Counted from the first letter of the stretch, positions 1 to 14,376 are shown. The stretch is 64,000 bases of DNA from Rhizophagus irregularis (GCF_026210795.1 NC_089431.1:5022001-5086000); one strand, 5' to 3'. Numbers and translations are program-made. Notes: generated by a model not told the origin, from the sequence alone.

Positions 1-801
1 TCTAATAAAAGGGATACATTGTTGTAAAGTACTCTTTAAAGTATTGAAATCATCTTTTGAAAAGCTGGTAGGATCAGAAGGAAGTTCTGGATTTTGTGCA
101 AGTCCCCATTTAATCACATGTTCCCAAACTTGAATTTCGCTCATTTGATGATTATCGTTCTTAATAATCGTAACTAAAAGTTTTTTTGGAACCGAAGTGA
201 AACGTGGTGAATTAAATATCTTATTTGGTTCTTTTGAAATCAAATTAATACAATATTTTTGAAGTTCTAAAAAAGAATCGTTTTCAAAACTTGTTTGATA
301 TATCAAATCAAAATTCTGTTCCATCCAACGTTTTTTATTTTCAATCAAAAAGGATTCTAAATAAGGGATTAATTCCTGAAGACCTAGTTCATTAGAAGCT
401 ATCAAGATTTTAATGATATCTGAAATATCATATTCCTCCAAAGAAAGTCTACCTCCATAAATATACCTAAAATAATAATAATAAAAAATATTTATAAAAC
501 AAATATTTATAACGCATGATGAGAGGTATTTTTTTTTTTATTACCTTAAGATTATCTGGAAAGTATCAGGTAAAATATTTGGTAGTTTAATATTTGGCAA
601 AGTTCCATCATTTTTCTTTATATTAGTTGATAAAATTCTTCGCAAATATGAGGAACGATAATTTAAAATAACCATATGAGCACGAAATATTTTTACGACA
701 GGGTCATTACCAACTTCAACTGTAATATCACAATATTCGTCATCATTTAAAATTTCAAGTAAATTTTGTGTTAATTTTAACAAAAGTTTATCATCAATCA
801 T
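1..801 (-). CDS. BTB/POZ-BACK-(TLDc) protein, copy 1 (3' part runs off the window)
   Basis: Exon 1 (545-801) encodes MIDDKLL...KIFRAHMVILNYRS. A GT-AG intron at 467-544 is followed by exon 2 (YIYGGRLSLEEYDISDI...KWGLAQNP), which is near-identical to copy 2. Confidence 0.9.
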
Positions 802-1062
802 TATAATTTTTAAATAAAATAAATTAAAATGTGAATTCTCGAAAAAAAAAAAACAAACCTTATTTATACAGCTTGCAGATCATTGCAGATCGCTTTCAAT
901 GTACAGATTAACTAATTTTGGTACGTTCGGCGTTCAATAAGTGCACGAAGCAGCAAATAGAAAGAATGCAAATTTGTCCTCGTCACTGAAAGTCCCTTGC
1001 ATTTGAAAGATTATTATTCTGAATGGTCGTGACTAAAAACTTCTTTGTGACTCAAAAATCTT

Positions 1063-1625
1063 ATTCGGTTCTTGGAAATTAAATAAGTATAATATTTTTG
1101 AAGTTCCAAAGAATCAGTTATAATGCTTGTTTTGATATATCCAACTATCCAACCAAAATTCTGTGTTCATCCAGTTTTTATCGCTTTAAATCAAAAAGTA
1201 TTCCAAATAAGGAATTAATTCTTGAAGACTAAGTTCATTGGCAGCAAGTAAAATTTAATGATGTCTGAAGCATCATATTATTCTTCCAATGAAAGTCTTC
1301 CTCTACAGATGTATCTAAATAAAATAATAAAATTAGAAACATATTTATTAAAAATGATAACAATAATAATGACGGTTCATATACAGTATATAATTTACCT
1401 TAAGATTATTTGAAAAATTTCGGTAAAATATTTGGTAATTTAGTATGTGTTAAAATTCCATCATTATAGTTGATTCTTTTCAAATAAGGAGAACGACCAT
1501 ATGAGCACGAAACACTGATACGTCAAAGTCATTACCAACTTCAATATAATATCATAATATTTCCCACCGCTTAGAATTTCGAGAAAATTTTTTTGATAAT
1601 TTTGGTAAAAGTTTGTTATCAATCG
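1063..1625 (-). pseudogene. Degraded BTB-BACK gene fragment
   Basis: Recognisable remnants (DNKLLPKL, FRAHM, LPNILPKFFQII, intron, YICRG..LEE, ANELSLQELIPYLE) with multiple indels and no ORF. Confidence 0.8.
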
Positions 1626-1879
1626 TTGAATAAAAGACAAAAAGAACTTTAGCTTTAAAAACTCAAATACAAGGTGCGCCTTAACAGGTAATCAATGTCG
1701 TGATTTTCGGCAACCGTAATGACGTGCTCCTTAAACTTTCTACTTTTTGTACAATATTACTAGTAAAGGTTGTTAAGGTAGTAAAAATACTATATATTTT
1801 TATAATCGAATAAAAATATTTATCATATAATATACAAAATATTTTTTACTCTATTTGAGAAATTTTTCTAAATATTGTC

Positions 1880-2110
1880 AATCTTTAGACATCAAATGTC
1901 AATCCACCGACTAATCGTGTATTATTTGTTTGGCTATAAGTTCATATATTTATTCATAAATCTATTTATCACTAAAGCATGCTATTTTCATTTATTTCGT
2001 GTAGATATTTTTAAAATAACCTTATAAGCACGAAATATACTTACGTTAGGATCATCGCCAACTTCAATTGTAATATCATATTTTTCATCGTCTAAAATTT
2101 CGAGTATATT
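1880..2110 (-). pseudogene. Short BTB exon-1 relic
   Basis: Reverse strand reads EILDDEKYDITIEVGDDPNVSIFRAYKVILK; the rest is eroded. Confidence 0.6.
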
Positions 2111-3458
2111 TCTGCCAATAAAGTAAGTTTAAGTGCTCCTTTTAATGGAAATTTACTAAACGCCACGTGACAGTATAATTGAATTTACATTAAATAACGA
2201 ATTTTTATCAATTTATAATGAGAAATCTTAGGTCAAATTTTTACAGGAACGTTTCAATTTGATCATTTTTTATTGAGAAATTATTTTCGGGGTTTCTACT
2301 TTTAAATTTAGATAATTAAATGAATTGGAAATCATAAAGGTAATATTTTTTTGGGTAAATTTTTGATTTTTTGGTTGAAATTCTAATTCTAAGTTGGAAT
2401 TTAAACATTGTCACTTTTTTAAGTATTGTTTAAGATTAATTTTTACTTATTCCGAAATAAAATCCATTTTTTTTTAATCGGTAAAATGCTTATCATAAAA
2501 AAACGAGGAAAAATAAAATCATTCTAAAATAAGTTAACTGATTTTGGTTAAAATAGTTTATTTTGAAACAAGATATAATTGAAAATTGATAACTTAACTG
2601 ATAACTTAACTGCGTATTACATTGATTTTGAATTATTGTGTAAAGTTTTTTCATGATAATATTCTTAGGAGAAATATTAACTAGCAAGTTGAAGAACAAA
2701 TTTATGATTTTTTATATTTTTTAAAAAATTCTTATAATCATATGATAAAGATATTGTAAGCTTAGTGTGAATGAATTTACAAATGAGAATTAATGAATGA
2801 ATTCAATATTAAATTAACAGTGATTCAGAATTGATTGATGAAATATTGACTAAAATTTTTGAATAATATTTGTTCTTGATATGAAAAATTTGAAGGGCCC
2901 ATGACTCATTTAGTATTTCAAATATTTTGGATAAGTGGATTATATTTATTAATTTTAACACTTTTATTAAATATTATAAGTCTTGATTTTTTTAATTGCA
3001 AACTTTAAACTTTCTGATTTATCAATTATCAATGAATAAAATCATGATCAAAATTATATTTATATTTATATCAAAAGGAATTGTGTAAAGCAAAGGGATT
3101 GTTTGCTCTACACCAAAATCGCCAAAATCGATCCATTTTTGGAAAAAAGAATAAAAAAAAAAGAAATATTCGTATTTTTTTTTTTTTTGCGCAAAATCAG
3201 TTCAAAATACTAACACTTTTCACATAATCTTATTTTACCAAAGGTAGCATGGCATGATTTTTATTTTATCTGCACAAAAATAATTCGAGAAGGGTTTCAT
3301 AGACATTACACGGATATTACTATGAACTTATTATTATTGAGATTATTAAGGTGAAAAAAAATGATTTAATATTACGATTATGTGATGTCATCGATCACAA
3401 TTATAAATTTTCAGTCTGTAACGAAGACAAAAATCTATTTAACAATAGACTTTTTTGG

Positions 3459-4941
3459 TTACTCTTTACTTCGACTTAGCAGGTATTCCTTATAACTAAG
3501 TAACCGGCTTGTGTAAACTGCTTCCATATGAGTGGGTTTATTTGGTTTCCATTTCATCAAGTTATAAATGCGCCCAGAATTGTGTGAATTTGACAATTGA
3601 CAATAAAGAGGCGATAATTTTCCAATTTTTTCTGGGGATTTAAATAAATTACCACCAACAGTATCATCACGAATTTTTTCCTTATCTCTTATTCTACATT
3701 CACATAATTCTTCAATGAAATCTGTTACTTCATATATAGATGGCCGCTTCGAAGAATCTTGATCCCAGCACCTCTTTAGCAAATCATTGTATACTGGTGG
3801 GGCAAAATGACATGTTTGCGGGCGAAGACCATTAAAAACTATATCTAATACTAGAGATTCATTATGAGGCCGATCTGCAAACGCAATAATTCCACACATT
3901 AATTCCCATAAGATGACACCAAGGCTATAAATATCACCTTCTTGAGAACGTTGCTTTCCATAAAACATCTCTGGCGCAACATTAGGAATTACCCCATACA
4001 ATTTTTCTTCTGATTCTATTTTTTCTTCTGATTCTACTTCATCAATTGGTCGACACAAACCAAAGTCAGAAATGAATGCATATTCTTCGTTCAATAATAG
4101 AATATTTCCACTATGGAGATCGCCATGGACCCATCCTTTTGCATGTATCTTTTTGAGTTCAGCACATATGGTCTGAGCTATACCCAACTTGTTTGGTAAT
4201 GAAAGGTTATCAAAATTTAGTAATAAATATCGCCGAAGATCACCTTGTGGTGCAAAGCGCATGATAAACAGGTATTCTAATGTCGAGGGGTCCTGTGTAA
4301 TCCCGTATAAATGACAAAAATCGAACTGAGCTTGAACCTATATATGTAATTAGAGAAATTAATACCACATATACTGTATATATAATATCCTAATTTATGA
4401 AAATTAGTACCTCTGAAAGAAATGCTTGTGTGATTTCCATGTCACCCTTCAATTTCTTTAGAGCAACTGTACATGGACCACTTCGATAATGATATATTTT
4501 TTTTTTCGTCTTATAATCCTCTATATATTCTTCCTCTTCTAATGATTTAATTCCCCAACTCCACGTTGCAGAAAACACCGTACCAAATCCACCTTCACCA
4601 ATCTTTTTTATTTGGGACAAGGAGTTGTATGGAACCCATTCAGGATATCGTTCGTATGAAGAGAAAAGTTGTGTTACCTGTATGAAACAATCAATTAGTT
4701 CATTACCACTGGTCCAACTCGAAAACTTACTCTGCAAAATTATGTGAAGACAATTTTCACAAATGTATGGCAAGTTTAAGTTGCATTTAGCAGCCAATAA
4801 TGAATCATGTTCTAGTTTTAGACTATTTGGGTATCTTATTCTCTTTGGATTTAATGTATTCGGAAATTCATTATCAATTCGAAAATTACAATTTATATGT
4901 GGATTTTTTTCCTTTAGTTCAAAAAATTCACGAAGTGACAT
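3459..4941 (-). CDS. TKL (tyrosine-kinase-like) protein kinase, 2 exons, apparently intact
   Basis: N-terminal CENC..F..WTSGN..ID region, GEGGFG, VALK, HGDLHSGN, DFG and APE motifs. A GT-AG intron at 4338-4410 joins the two ORFs in frame. Confidence 0.9.
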
Positions 4942-5179
4942 ATTCCAGCTGGTTAAACAGAATAACGCAATTTAAGAGTTAACTCCGGTATTGGTTACAC
5001 TTTTCATTGTAAAAATCACAGCCTGAATCACATTGTTACACCAATTATATCTAGATCATAGATTATTTATTTATTTTATGTGAAGTAATCTAGATCATAG
5101 ATTATGTACAACGTGGAGCAACATGAGTCTAGACCTCCAAAGTCACATGACGAATCTGACAAACTAATCACGTGCTATT

Positions 5180-5430
5180 GTGCCAGCTCGGATCAGCACC
5201 CAGAAATTCTTCGATCACGTGATCTGTTTTTATTTATCACATCGTCACACCCTGTCCGAGTTTCACTGTTTATATTTATCTGAGGGACTTAGATTTTTCA
5301 AGTAGATGAAATTCTATTTGTCACGTTTTATTCATCACATCCTAAATTCTTCGATCACGTGTCAGTGCATAACGCCGGCCGAGTTCGAAGAATTTTCTGG
5401 GTGCCGTTGGGGTAGTTGCCAGCTCGGTTA
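5180..5430. repeat. Dispersed repeat terminus shared with 61570-61680
   Basis: TTTCACTGTTTATATTTATCTGAGGGACTTAG occurs here and at ~61590. It is flanked by an inverted pair, GCACCCAGAAATTCTTCGA / TCGAAGAATTTTCTGGGTGC. Confidence 0.6.
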
Positions 5431-5697
5431 TTATCCTCTGTGGACGATGTGATAGATTGTATCGCCGCAAACTTTAAAGAAATTTTTTCGGTCTTTTAGG
5501 CCATTTTTTATTAATATTTTTTTCTTTTTTTTTATAAACCGAAATATTTTTCTTGGTTGGGTTTTTTCTTTTTTCGGTTTGGGTTTTTTCTAAAACAGAA
5601 TTTTTTTTTTCCAAATATTTTTAATTTTTCTTTTTTCGAATTGTCTTTTTTTAAACCGAATTTTTTTTTTAATTTTCAAATAATCTATACAGTATTA

Positions 5698-6055
5698 TCC
5701 CCTGATCGGCACCATTTACACGATTATACAAAATTACAAATACTGGGTAGCAAATTTTATATCCGTTCCTAGGAGATTTTGCAGTAAAAATTAACTTTTG
5801 ATTATACTATAATAGACGGCTTTGAAAATTTGAGTAATTCAGAAAGTTTTGCATTTTCCAAATGAGAAAAACTTTCTTTTAATTTATTTTTTGTAATCTC
5901 AATATTATTTTTCAAGTGTAATAGTAGAAGTTCCGAAACTTTAATCATTTTTTTAAAAAAACTTTTAAAATGAAAAAAAAAACCAATCGAAAGAACTATA
6001 ATTATACTCAAAGTGATATACTATAAACAATTACTATTGTGTAAATGTCAAGGGA
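5698..6055. mobile_element. Non-autonomous Tc1/mariner-type element (TCCCCTG termini), copy A
   Basis: Reverse-complement homologue of 57228-57626. Imperfect terminal inverted repeats (TIRs) TCCCCTG..CATTTACAC; TA on the left flank. Confidence 0.7.
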
Positions 6056-6399
6056 TGAATAATATTTATATTTTTAATATGGTTTTTTCATTAATTTTAT
6101 ATAATTTTATTAGCTATATAAGCATACGGGAAAAAAGGCACTTACCGTAGCACCGCAGCATCAATCCGATTACTGATCTAGATTCAAGCCTAAAAAACAA
6201 AAGTAACAATAAAATTGTGTTGATAAATAAAAAAAAACACAATATAATAAAATTAATATAATATTTTGAATGAAAATATTATGCTTAATACGAAAGTTAA
6301 TTTCGATAAAAATGTACGGTTGTAATAATGTCATTTGGTAAACGTAATATTTTATATATCATTATATAAGAAAATTAATTATTTTGAACAAAATATATA

Positions 6400-7285
6400 A
6401 TATTTTAGGAAGAGGCTAACAGTTGAAAGTGATATATGATTACTTGATACAATGATACTGTATTATTAATAATGAAAAATATATATGGACGACAACATTA
6501 GATCCTTTCACCACCCTTCGTACCCACCATTACCATCTTCCAATAATTAATAATATACAGTCGGCCCCCTTTATAGTCACACCCCTCGGGACAGAAAAAT
6601 AAGGGTGTGATTATAAAAAAAGTCATATGTTGTGACTATAGAGGAGGTTTTTCTAATATATTTATTAGTACATTGGGCCAAAATATGGTGTGCTTATAAA
6701 GGGGAATTTTATATGTTGTGATTATACGGAGGTGACTATATAGGGGGTCGACTGTAGTTGGTGCAATCGTAGGATTTTTGTTAAGTGGCATTTTCTTTAT
6801 TTGGATATTTCTTCATATATAAATAGAATAATAATGAACAAAACCAAAAATCTATTAATGAAAATAATAATTATAATTACAGTCAAGAAAAAGCAATACA
6901 AAAAGGATATTCATAATAATGGGCAAGAAATTATTCAAGTGCTTATAAACGAAAATACAACTAACTACGAACCTGATTATCATGGGCAAGAAATTATTCT
7001 AACACTCAAAAATAAAAATACAACCGACCATGAGCCAATAATAGTTCCAGCTAATGATTATAATGGACAAGAAATTATGCAAACGCTTAAAATGGAAATT
7101 CAACCAACAATGAACCAATAATCCAGCTCCAGCGGTAATGATAATCAACATCTAATAATGATGGGTTATCATCACAAATTTTTAAAGATGAAATACTTCA
7201 AACTGTTAAACAAGAAATTATACGACAAACTTTGAAAATGAACTTCTTCAAGCTGTTAGGGATAATAATTTTGATATTAAAAAAA
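6400..7285 (+). pseudogene. C-terminal relic of a single-pass membrane protein (kelch/galactose-oxidase-like type), split by a MITE
   Basis: NNEKYIWTTTLDP, a Pro/Ser-rich stretch, hydrophobic VGAIVGFLLSGIFF and repeated GQEII motifs, with frameshifts. The family assignment is from recall, not a search. Confidence 0.45.
6558..6754. mobile_element. pogo/Tigger-type MITE (197 bp)
   Basis: TIRs CAGTCGGCCCCCTTTATAGTCAC / GTGACTATATAGGGGGTCGACTG; TA TSD at 6556-57 and 6755-56. Confidence 0.85.
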
Positions 7286-9898
7286 AATGCAAGTCAAGAT
7301 TAAAATCAATGATCAATTTCTTTCAAACAACAAAATTTTTATATACAATAATTAAATATTACCTCAATGTAACAACGAATCCAATTTTTTTAAAAAAATA
7401 ACTTATACAATATGTTTGCTGTTATCAAAGAGTGATGTACTTTTAATTAAATTAACTTTAAATTTTGATATAACATCGATTTGCGCCAAAATTTTATTTA
7501 ACTTAGACTAAGTTTATACGTTTATACTCATAATTATTAATTATCCCATTAAAAATAAAATTTTATTATCAAACAAGTTAACTTAATCAAAACAGGGAGT
7601 TTAAATAGCTCCATATAAGACAACATCTTAATAATGTTATAAATAATAAATAAAGTATACAAATATTAAGAAATGTTTAAATTTCGAAATTATGATATTA
7701 GTCTATTATATTTATCTCGTAATTGTTGATTCACTATAAAAAATGCATTTTCCACATATCTATTTAAATCATGTAAATATAATGGATTGATAAAACCTAT
7801 AATGAAAATTTTGTATGTATTTGGCGAAACCATATGGTTCGCCAAACCATTAATGAATCCTTCATCTAATCCTTTGGTTTATTTGACATAATACTGTCAC
7901 TGATGATGGCATTTTTTCTAAAAAAAAAATTGTACAGCAGCATGAAAAGAAAGGATTTAAATATATACTGTATGTTAACGTTAATTTTTTGTCAATAATA
8001 AAAAAAAATTATTATATTATATCTTTTTTTTTAATTATTTCAAATCATTAAAAAAATTCTATCCTATTATTCTATTGTATGTACAGTACAGTACAGATGT
8101 ACTATAATAAACTGAATCTTGAACACTATAAGATAAAATCACAAATACTGTATTACATTTTTTCTCTGAGTTTCTGATTACTAATTCTTTAAAAAAAGAA
8201 TTTATATCTTTTTTTTTTGATTTAGTTAAATTATTTTTTTTATTGGTTTTATAATTTCAATTAATATTAATTAATTTAGTTAGTAAAATCTATGCGAAGT
8301 AAAATTGTATTTTGACAAATCTTTTAGTGATGTAATTATAGTAAAAAGCATATTATTGTTTGTTACATGGCTTAACAGGATTTCAGGAAAATCTGAAAAT
8401 AAAAGAGTTTTACTTGATATATTTTTATAATATTTATTGTATAAATGTAAATTTTTAAATGAACGTTAATATTCTTAAATAATGATTAAAAATTTGTTTT
8501 ATAAAAAGAATGCTTTCATCTGTTAAAATTCAGTGTCAAATTAAATTTAAATGTTAGATGGGATTTTAGCGCTTTAGATGAAACCTAAAATCTTTTCATT
8601 TATAGAGTATAACTAAAAAAATTTGGTGACACTTAGATTAACCTGTATAAATAATTTTAAAATTGTATAATGTGGAAACCCGTGATATTTCCGCGCCCGA
8701 TGTTTTAATGAGGCTAATCCGGTTCCAGTTAATCCAGTTAATGAAAAATCGAAAAAAAAGATTAAATTATTTTTCTTTCTCGGTCATACAATCAGCCGCA
8801 GAATATTTTTAAATTTTTCCTTTCCGGTATTTTTTTCTAAAATTTTTTCGAGGTTTTCTTTTTTTATCTCCTTTTTTTTTTTGAAAAGAAATCTTTTTTT
8901 TTTTGGTTTGGTTTTTTTTTTCCAAACTGAAAAATTTTATTTTTTGTTTCTTTCGAAATTTTTTTTTATAAATATTTTTCTTTTTTCGGTTTGGTCTTTT
9001 TTTTCAAACTAAAAAAAAAAAATTTTTTTTCCCTTTTTTCTTTTTTTTTAACAGAAAATTTTTCCTTTTACTATTTAGGTTTGGACCGGTGATCGGATCG
9101 ATGTTACGGCGCCACCAATCCACCATCATACCTGCTTTTATCGAGAACGTGTATTAAGGTACTCATAGTATCTGATAAATCATCAAAACTATAATTGTAT
9201 TTAATAACATAAATTGTAAATAACATTGTATTTAATAATATAATAAATTGTATTAATAGTTTATATCATTTCAATATTGTTGAAATATTAGCCAATTCTT
9301 ATCTTTTTATTTTCGATATACTATAATTCAAAATTATAAATAAATAAAAACCTTAAATTAATATTATATAAAATCTAATATACCCAATAAATTTTATTAT
9401 TATATTATTAATTCTGTTGCGTTGTATTAAAAATAATAAATTAAATGGTTTTTTATAATCTTTCATGTTCGTTATTCATCACGTTGTATATTTAAAATAG
9501 ATTTAATTAAAAACGACTAAAGTAAATTAATTGACATTTCATCAATCATGTTTATATTGATTGATAAATATGATTTAAAAATACAAATTAATAGTCTATA
9601 AATAACAATCTTTACCAAATTATTTGAATACGGTATTAATCGACAATATAATCAAAGGCTATGATCTATTCATTAAGTTTAACCACCAAATTTATTAAAC
9701 ACAAATTGTATGCACCGGAAAAAAAAATAAAAGTATAGTAGGAAATAAAAAAAATTAGAAAGTACGATTTGAGAAACATATATTTTTCTTTTTTTGGTCG
9801 TGAGGCGTCAAATACTTCGTCTAAAGGTCACAAATTTATGTGGGCACAACATGAAGTTTGATCGACAATTTGCATTTTATTAATTTATTACGGTTTGA

Positions 9899-12207
9899 AT
9901 GGACGAACTTAAAATAATTCTTTCTCCTCCTTTAATAAATTACATTATGTCTACTCTTCGATATGAATTAATTTATGCAACAAATAATAGAGCAACAATG
10001 TTAACTGATACCAATATTTACAATGATATACACAAACAATTTGAATTTCGAAAACAAACAGTCCTTGCTGATAAAATTCTTACAAATGATGAAATAACTG
10101 AAGCAATAAGAGAATTAACTAAAGATTATGATCTAGGTAAAGTTAGAAATAATTCAGGGTCAAAAAGAATTTGTGAAAATTGTGACCAAAATTGTTTAGC
10201 CACATTATATTGTGAATATTGTGTCCGAAATTATTTAAAAGAAAATTTTTCAAATTGGACATCTGGGAATGATGATATTGACAATTTAATACAGAAATGT
10301 CAAATGGAATCACTTAATCCACAAATGATAATTGAATGGATTCCATATAACAATTTGAAAAATATTAATTATTTGACAAAAGGTGGATTCTCTGAAATCT
10401 ATACAGCAGACTGGATTAATGGAGATTATGGTGAATGGGATTCTGAAGAACAACAGTTAAAAAGACTTGGAACTTTCAAAGTAGTACTTAAAACGTTAGA
10501 AAATGTTGAAAGTGCAAATCAAAGTTGGTTTGAAGAGGTTTGTATAATTTTATTTGAATTTATTTATAAAATCCTAAGTTTTTTGTATTAATGATAGCAT
10601 GCTGTCGTTTAGGCTAAATCACACTTAACTATAAATAATAAATGGTCAGTTATTGCTCAATGTTATGGAATGACACAAAATCCATCAAACGGAAATTATA
10701 TGCTTGTAATTTTGAAAATGGATATAGATTTAAGAAATTATTTACAACAAAATCATAATCAACTTACATGGAAAGATAGAATGAAAATTATTGATGAAAT
10801 AACTCGCGCGCTTTATTATATTCATAAAGAGAAAGCAATTCATAGAGATTTGCATTCTGGAAATATATTATATTCAAAATTTAATGATCGGTGGTATATT
10901 AGTGATCTTGGATTTTGTGGACCTGCTGATAAATCTTCAACAAGTATATATGGAAATCTTCCTTACATAGCACCCGAAGTTATCGTTGGAAAAGAATATA
11001 CTTTTGCATCTGATATTTATAGTATTGCAATTCTTATGTGGGAAATTTCATCTGGACAAACACCATTGATATTGTAATGAATATTATACACGGTATAAGG
11101 CCAAAAATTGTGACAGGAACTCCATTAGAATATAAAAATTTAATGAAAGAATGTTGGAATGCTGATCCATTAAAAAGACCTGACGCTTATGCACTTGAGA
11201 AAAGAATGGAAAGAATTAATATAGATTATCAAAATATGTCAGATGAATTATTCAAATCAGAAATAGATGATATAGAAATGAATAAAGTAGGAGAAAATTA
11301 TACGAGTAGCAGATTATTTACAAGTAAAATTTACAACTTTGAAAATCTACCTGAACCAAGAAATGCAACAGAAGGTATAAATACATTTCTTAATAAAATA
11401 TTATACACTTATTCTAAAATACATTATTAACGTTATCTTTTATTATAATAGAAGAACAAGAAGGTATAACCATAAAAAATGATAATTTCTACCATTTTTT
11501 TTTGTTACTATAATAATTTACTTTATTTTACTACTAATAGCGTTTCATAGTAAATTGTATGATTTTAACATTCCTAACAATAGTAAGTATTTATTAACAT
11601 TGCAGCGTTGAATTATCATATAATGATGTTTAATAATTGATATTTATTTTAGTTAACGATTTTAATAAATCAAATGAGCAGAATAGTTCAAAAGTAGTTA
11701 CTATTTTTGAAGGTAATGTATTTTAATTATTGTCTTATCGTCAAATCAAGATTGAATTTTTATATTAAATCAATATCTTAAATTTTAGATAGTAATAAAA
11801 AATTATCTAAATTATTTAAAAAGTTGCAAATAAATTCAATTGGTAAGAATAATTATAAATTACTAACAAATAAAATTCATTATTATATTAATTTCATTTA
11901 TTTATTGAACGCGGCTTTATTTAATTTAGATGATGAAAAAGAAATAACTCAACAACAAATAAAAAGACAAAGTATTAATGTTGATGGTAGGTGAAAATTT
12001 TACGTAATAACAAATAATTTTCACTATTTTAATTCTATTTATTTTTTTTCTTTTTATAGATGATGATGAAGTATATAATAATCCAAATTTTCATTCAAAA
12101 GAACAAGATGAACTGGAAATTCCTGATGGTGAGTTCTTAAATAAATAAGATTTCTTTTTAAATCAATTTACTAATTTGGTAATTTTTTATCTTTAGATGG
12201 ATTTTAA
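9899..12207 (+). pseudogene. TKL protein kinase, multi-exon, frameshifted
   Basis: CENC/CEYC, WTSGN, KGGF, VVLK, HRDLHSGN, DLG and APE motifs. Intron at 10538-10612. A deletion/frameshift near 11065 (SSGQTP|DIVMNII). Several short 3' exons ending LEIPD-DGF*. Confidence 0.8.
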
Positions 12208-13875
12208 ATTGACTTTATAAATCAAACCAATATTATATTATATTTAAAATTGTTATCATTTATTTATACTTTATTTTAAGTTATTTAAACACTAAGATTA
12301 GAGTAGTTAAAATGTTTAACAAGATTCTTAGTTTGTAATTTAAATAATTACTATATAATAAAGTTATTAAATTATTAAATCTATAAATTATCAATAAAAA
12401 ATTAATAAAAATTATTAACTGTTACAATAACGAATAATTCGAATTTAGGCGAAAATAATAATAAATTTTACATTATTAAATAATATATAATCTTTTGTTC
12501 AATCCAAAAACTATGTTCTTTGTCGTTATTTATTCTTATCTAACTTTATATCATATATATAAAAAAATGATGAGGTTCAGATAATAATCCCTAAAACAGT
12601 AATATTTCAATTTTCCGTATGATGAATTTATTTTAACTATTAATAAGCTTTTTAGAATTTTAATCTACTCCTAACTAAAAATTATCTAAGGGATAAGGCT
12701 TATGGTTATATTAAAATAGTTTTCGGGAGTTTATTGTGAATTGTGATACAGGAATATGGATGTCTAAAAAATTTTTCATTCATTCTTTTTATTTTTTCTA
12801 AATTTTATTCATTTCTTTAGATGGATTTTAAATTTTTTTTTTGGTAAATTATATAAATTATCTAGAAGCCATTTATCATAGCAGTGCAGCGTTGCACAAT
12901 TATTACGTTCAATTTTGATGTCGATGCACAATTTTAATACATCCTAATGCTCACAATTCCCAAATGTGCAATTCATATTAAAAACCAAACTTAAATAAGA
13001 TGTATGAAATATATGAAATACATAATTTGATAATTTCTTTTTATAGGTAGGATCTATTTACCATTTTTTTGATAGCGTATTTGATAATTTTTTTTAGTAC
13101 TGTATTATCCATCATTTTTCTTGATTTAACAGTATTTAATAATTGGATTATTTATCAGTTATTCAATTTAACCAAAAATTCAAAACAAAAATCTTAATTA
13201 TCTTTCTATCGATATCACTAACAATTTATCTTCATATATTATTAAATTTAGTTCAAAAATATTACGAAATTTAGGTTTATTAATTACTCCAGAGGTAGTA
13301 GTACTGTTAATAATGATTTATTTTCATTTAAAGATGAAGTGAAGGAATTTGAGTTATATAATATTAAAATTCAAAAATATAAAGATTTGGTTATTGATAA
13401 TAAATTAAATTTTATAGAAGAATTGGAGGATTTTTTAATATTAAGACTAAGAATTTAATATAAATTTTAGAAAATTTTGTAATTTTATAAATAAAGTTTA
13501 AATTCTTTAAATTTTGATAATTATATATTATTTTCTGCACGTGTATTATTCGAAAAAATTAAATTTTTTTCAATTATTGTAGGTTATAAATAAAGATTAC
13601 TTTTCTAAAATTATACATCACATCACGAAAATAAATAATCAAAAAAATTCGCAATGTTTCTTTCTACTCTCCCAATTTATGAAAAAAGACTTTCTTATGC
13701 AAGAATTTATAATTTTTTCTTCGTAAAAAAATTTACTCCCCGCCTAAATCATAATTAATGGTATATTTATAATTTTAAACCAGATTATGAAATTGATATA
13801 GAATTCGATATAGAAATCTAAATAATAAATATATAATAGTGAATAATAGGTTGAATACCAGTGGGATATACGTAT

Positions 13876-14376
13876 TGTTACGCGGGTCTGCGCCACATGG
13901 AAAGTTCAAGAAATTAGCAGCGATCCGCAGTGTAATGGTGTAACTTATACTTTGTATAGTTTATACTAAGTGTAATTTATACTTGGTATAATTTATATGA
14001 AGTTTAACTTATACATAGTATAATTTATACCGAATTTTCGAACAATATATATAGAGCGGGCGAACAGTGGGGAATAGGGGATAATTAAGGTTTATTTAGT
14101 GTTAAATTTTAGTATAGTTTATTCGGTAATATTGCAGATCGCCGGCAGAGGCAGCAATATTCTATTCTGATATTATTTATGAAATTTATTATGTATTAGC
14201 ATTTATTTATTGCTTGATTATTTTAAGTTATTATTTACATTGAATAAATATACACTTTAAAATCATACATATAACTCTTAATTTTACATATATACTTTAT
14301 TTCATTTCATTTTACGATAAACGTGACACGAATTTCTGTTACTAACACGTGACCCCGACGCAAATCGATAGTAACA
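13876..14376 (+). repeat. 5' LTR
   Basis: Matches 25568-26068 with about 4 substitutions by eye. TG..CA ends; TATA-like TATATATAG at ~14046. Confidence 0.97.

Noticed and set aside
2493..5772. Short F/K/I/N-rich ORFs (2493-2699, 5557-5772, and similar ones at 35485, 41650, 58766)
   Set aside because: Products of A/T homopolymer-rich non-coding DNA, many with non-ATG starts.
13936..14031. CRISPR-like array
   Set aside because: The repeats are directly adjacent with no spacers, lie in an LTR of a eukaryotic genome, and no cas genes are present.
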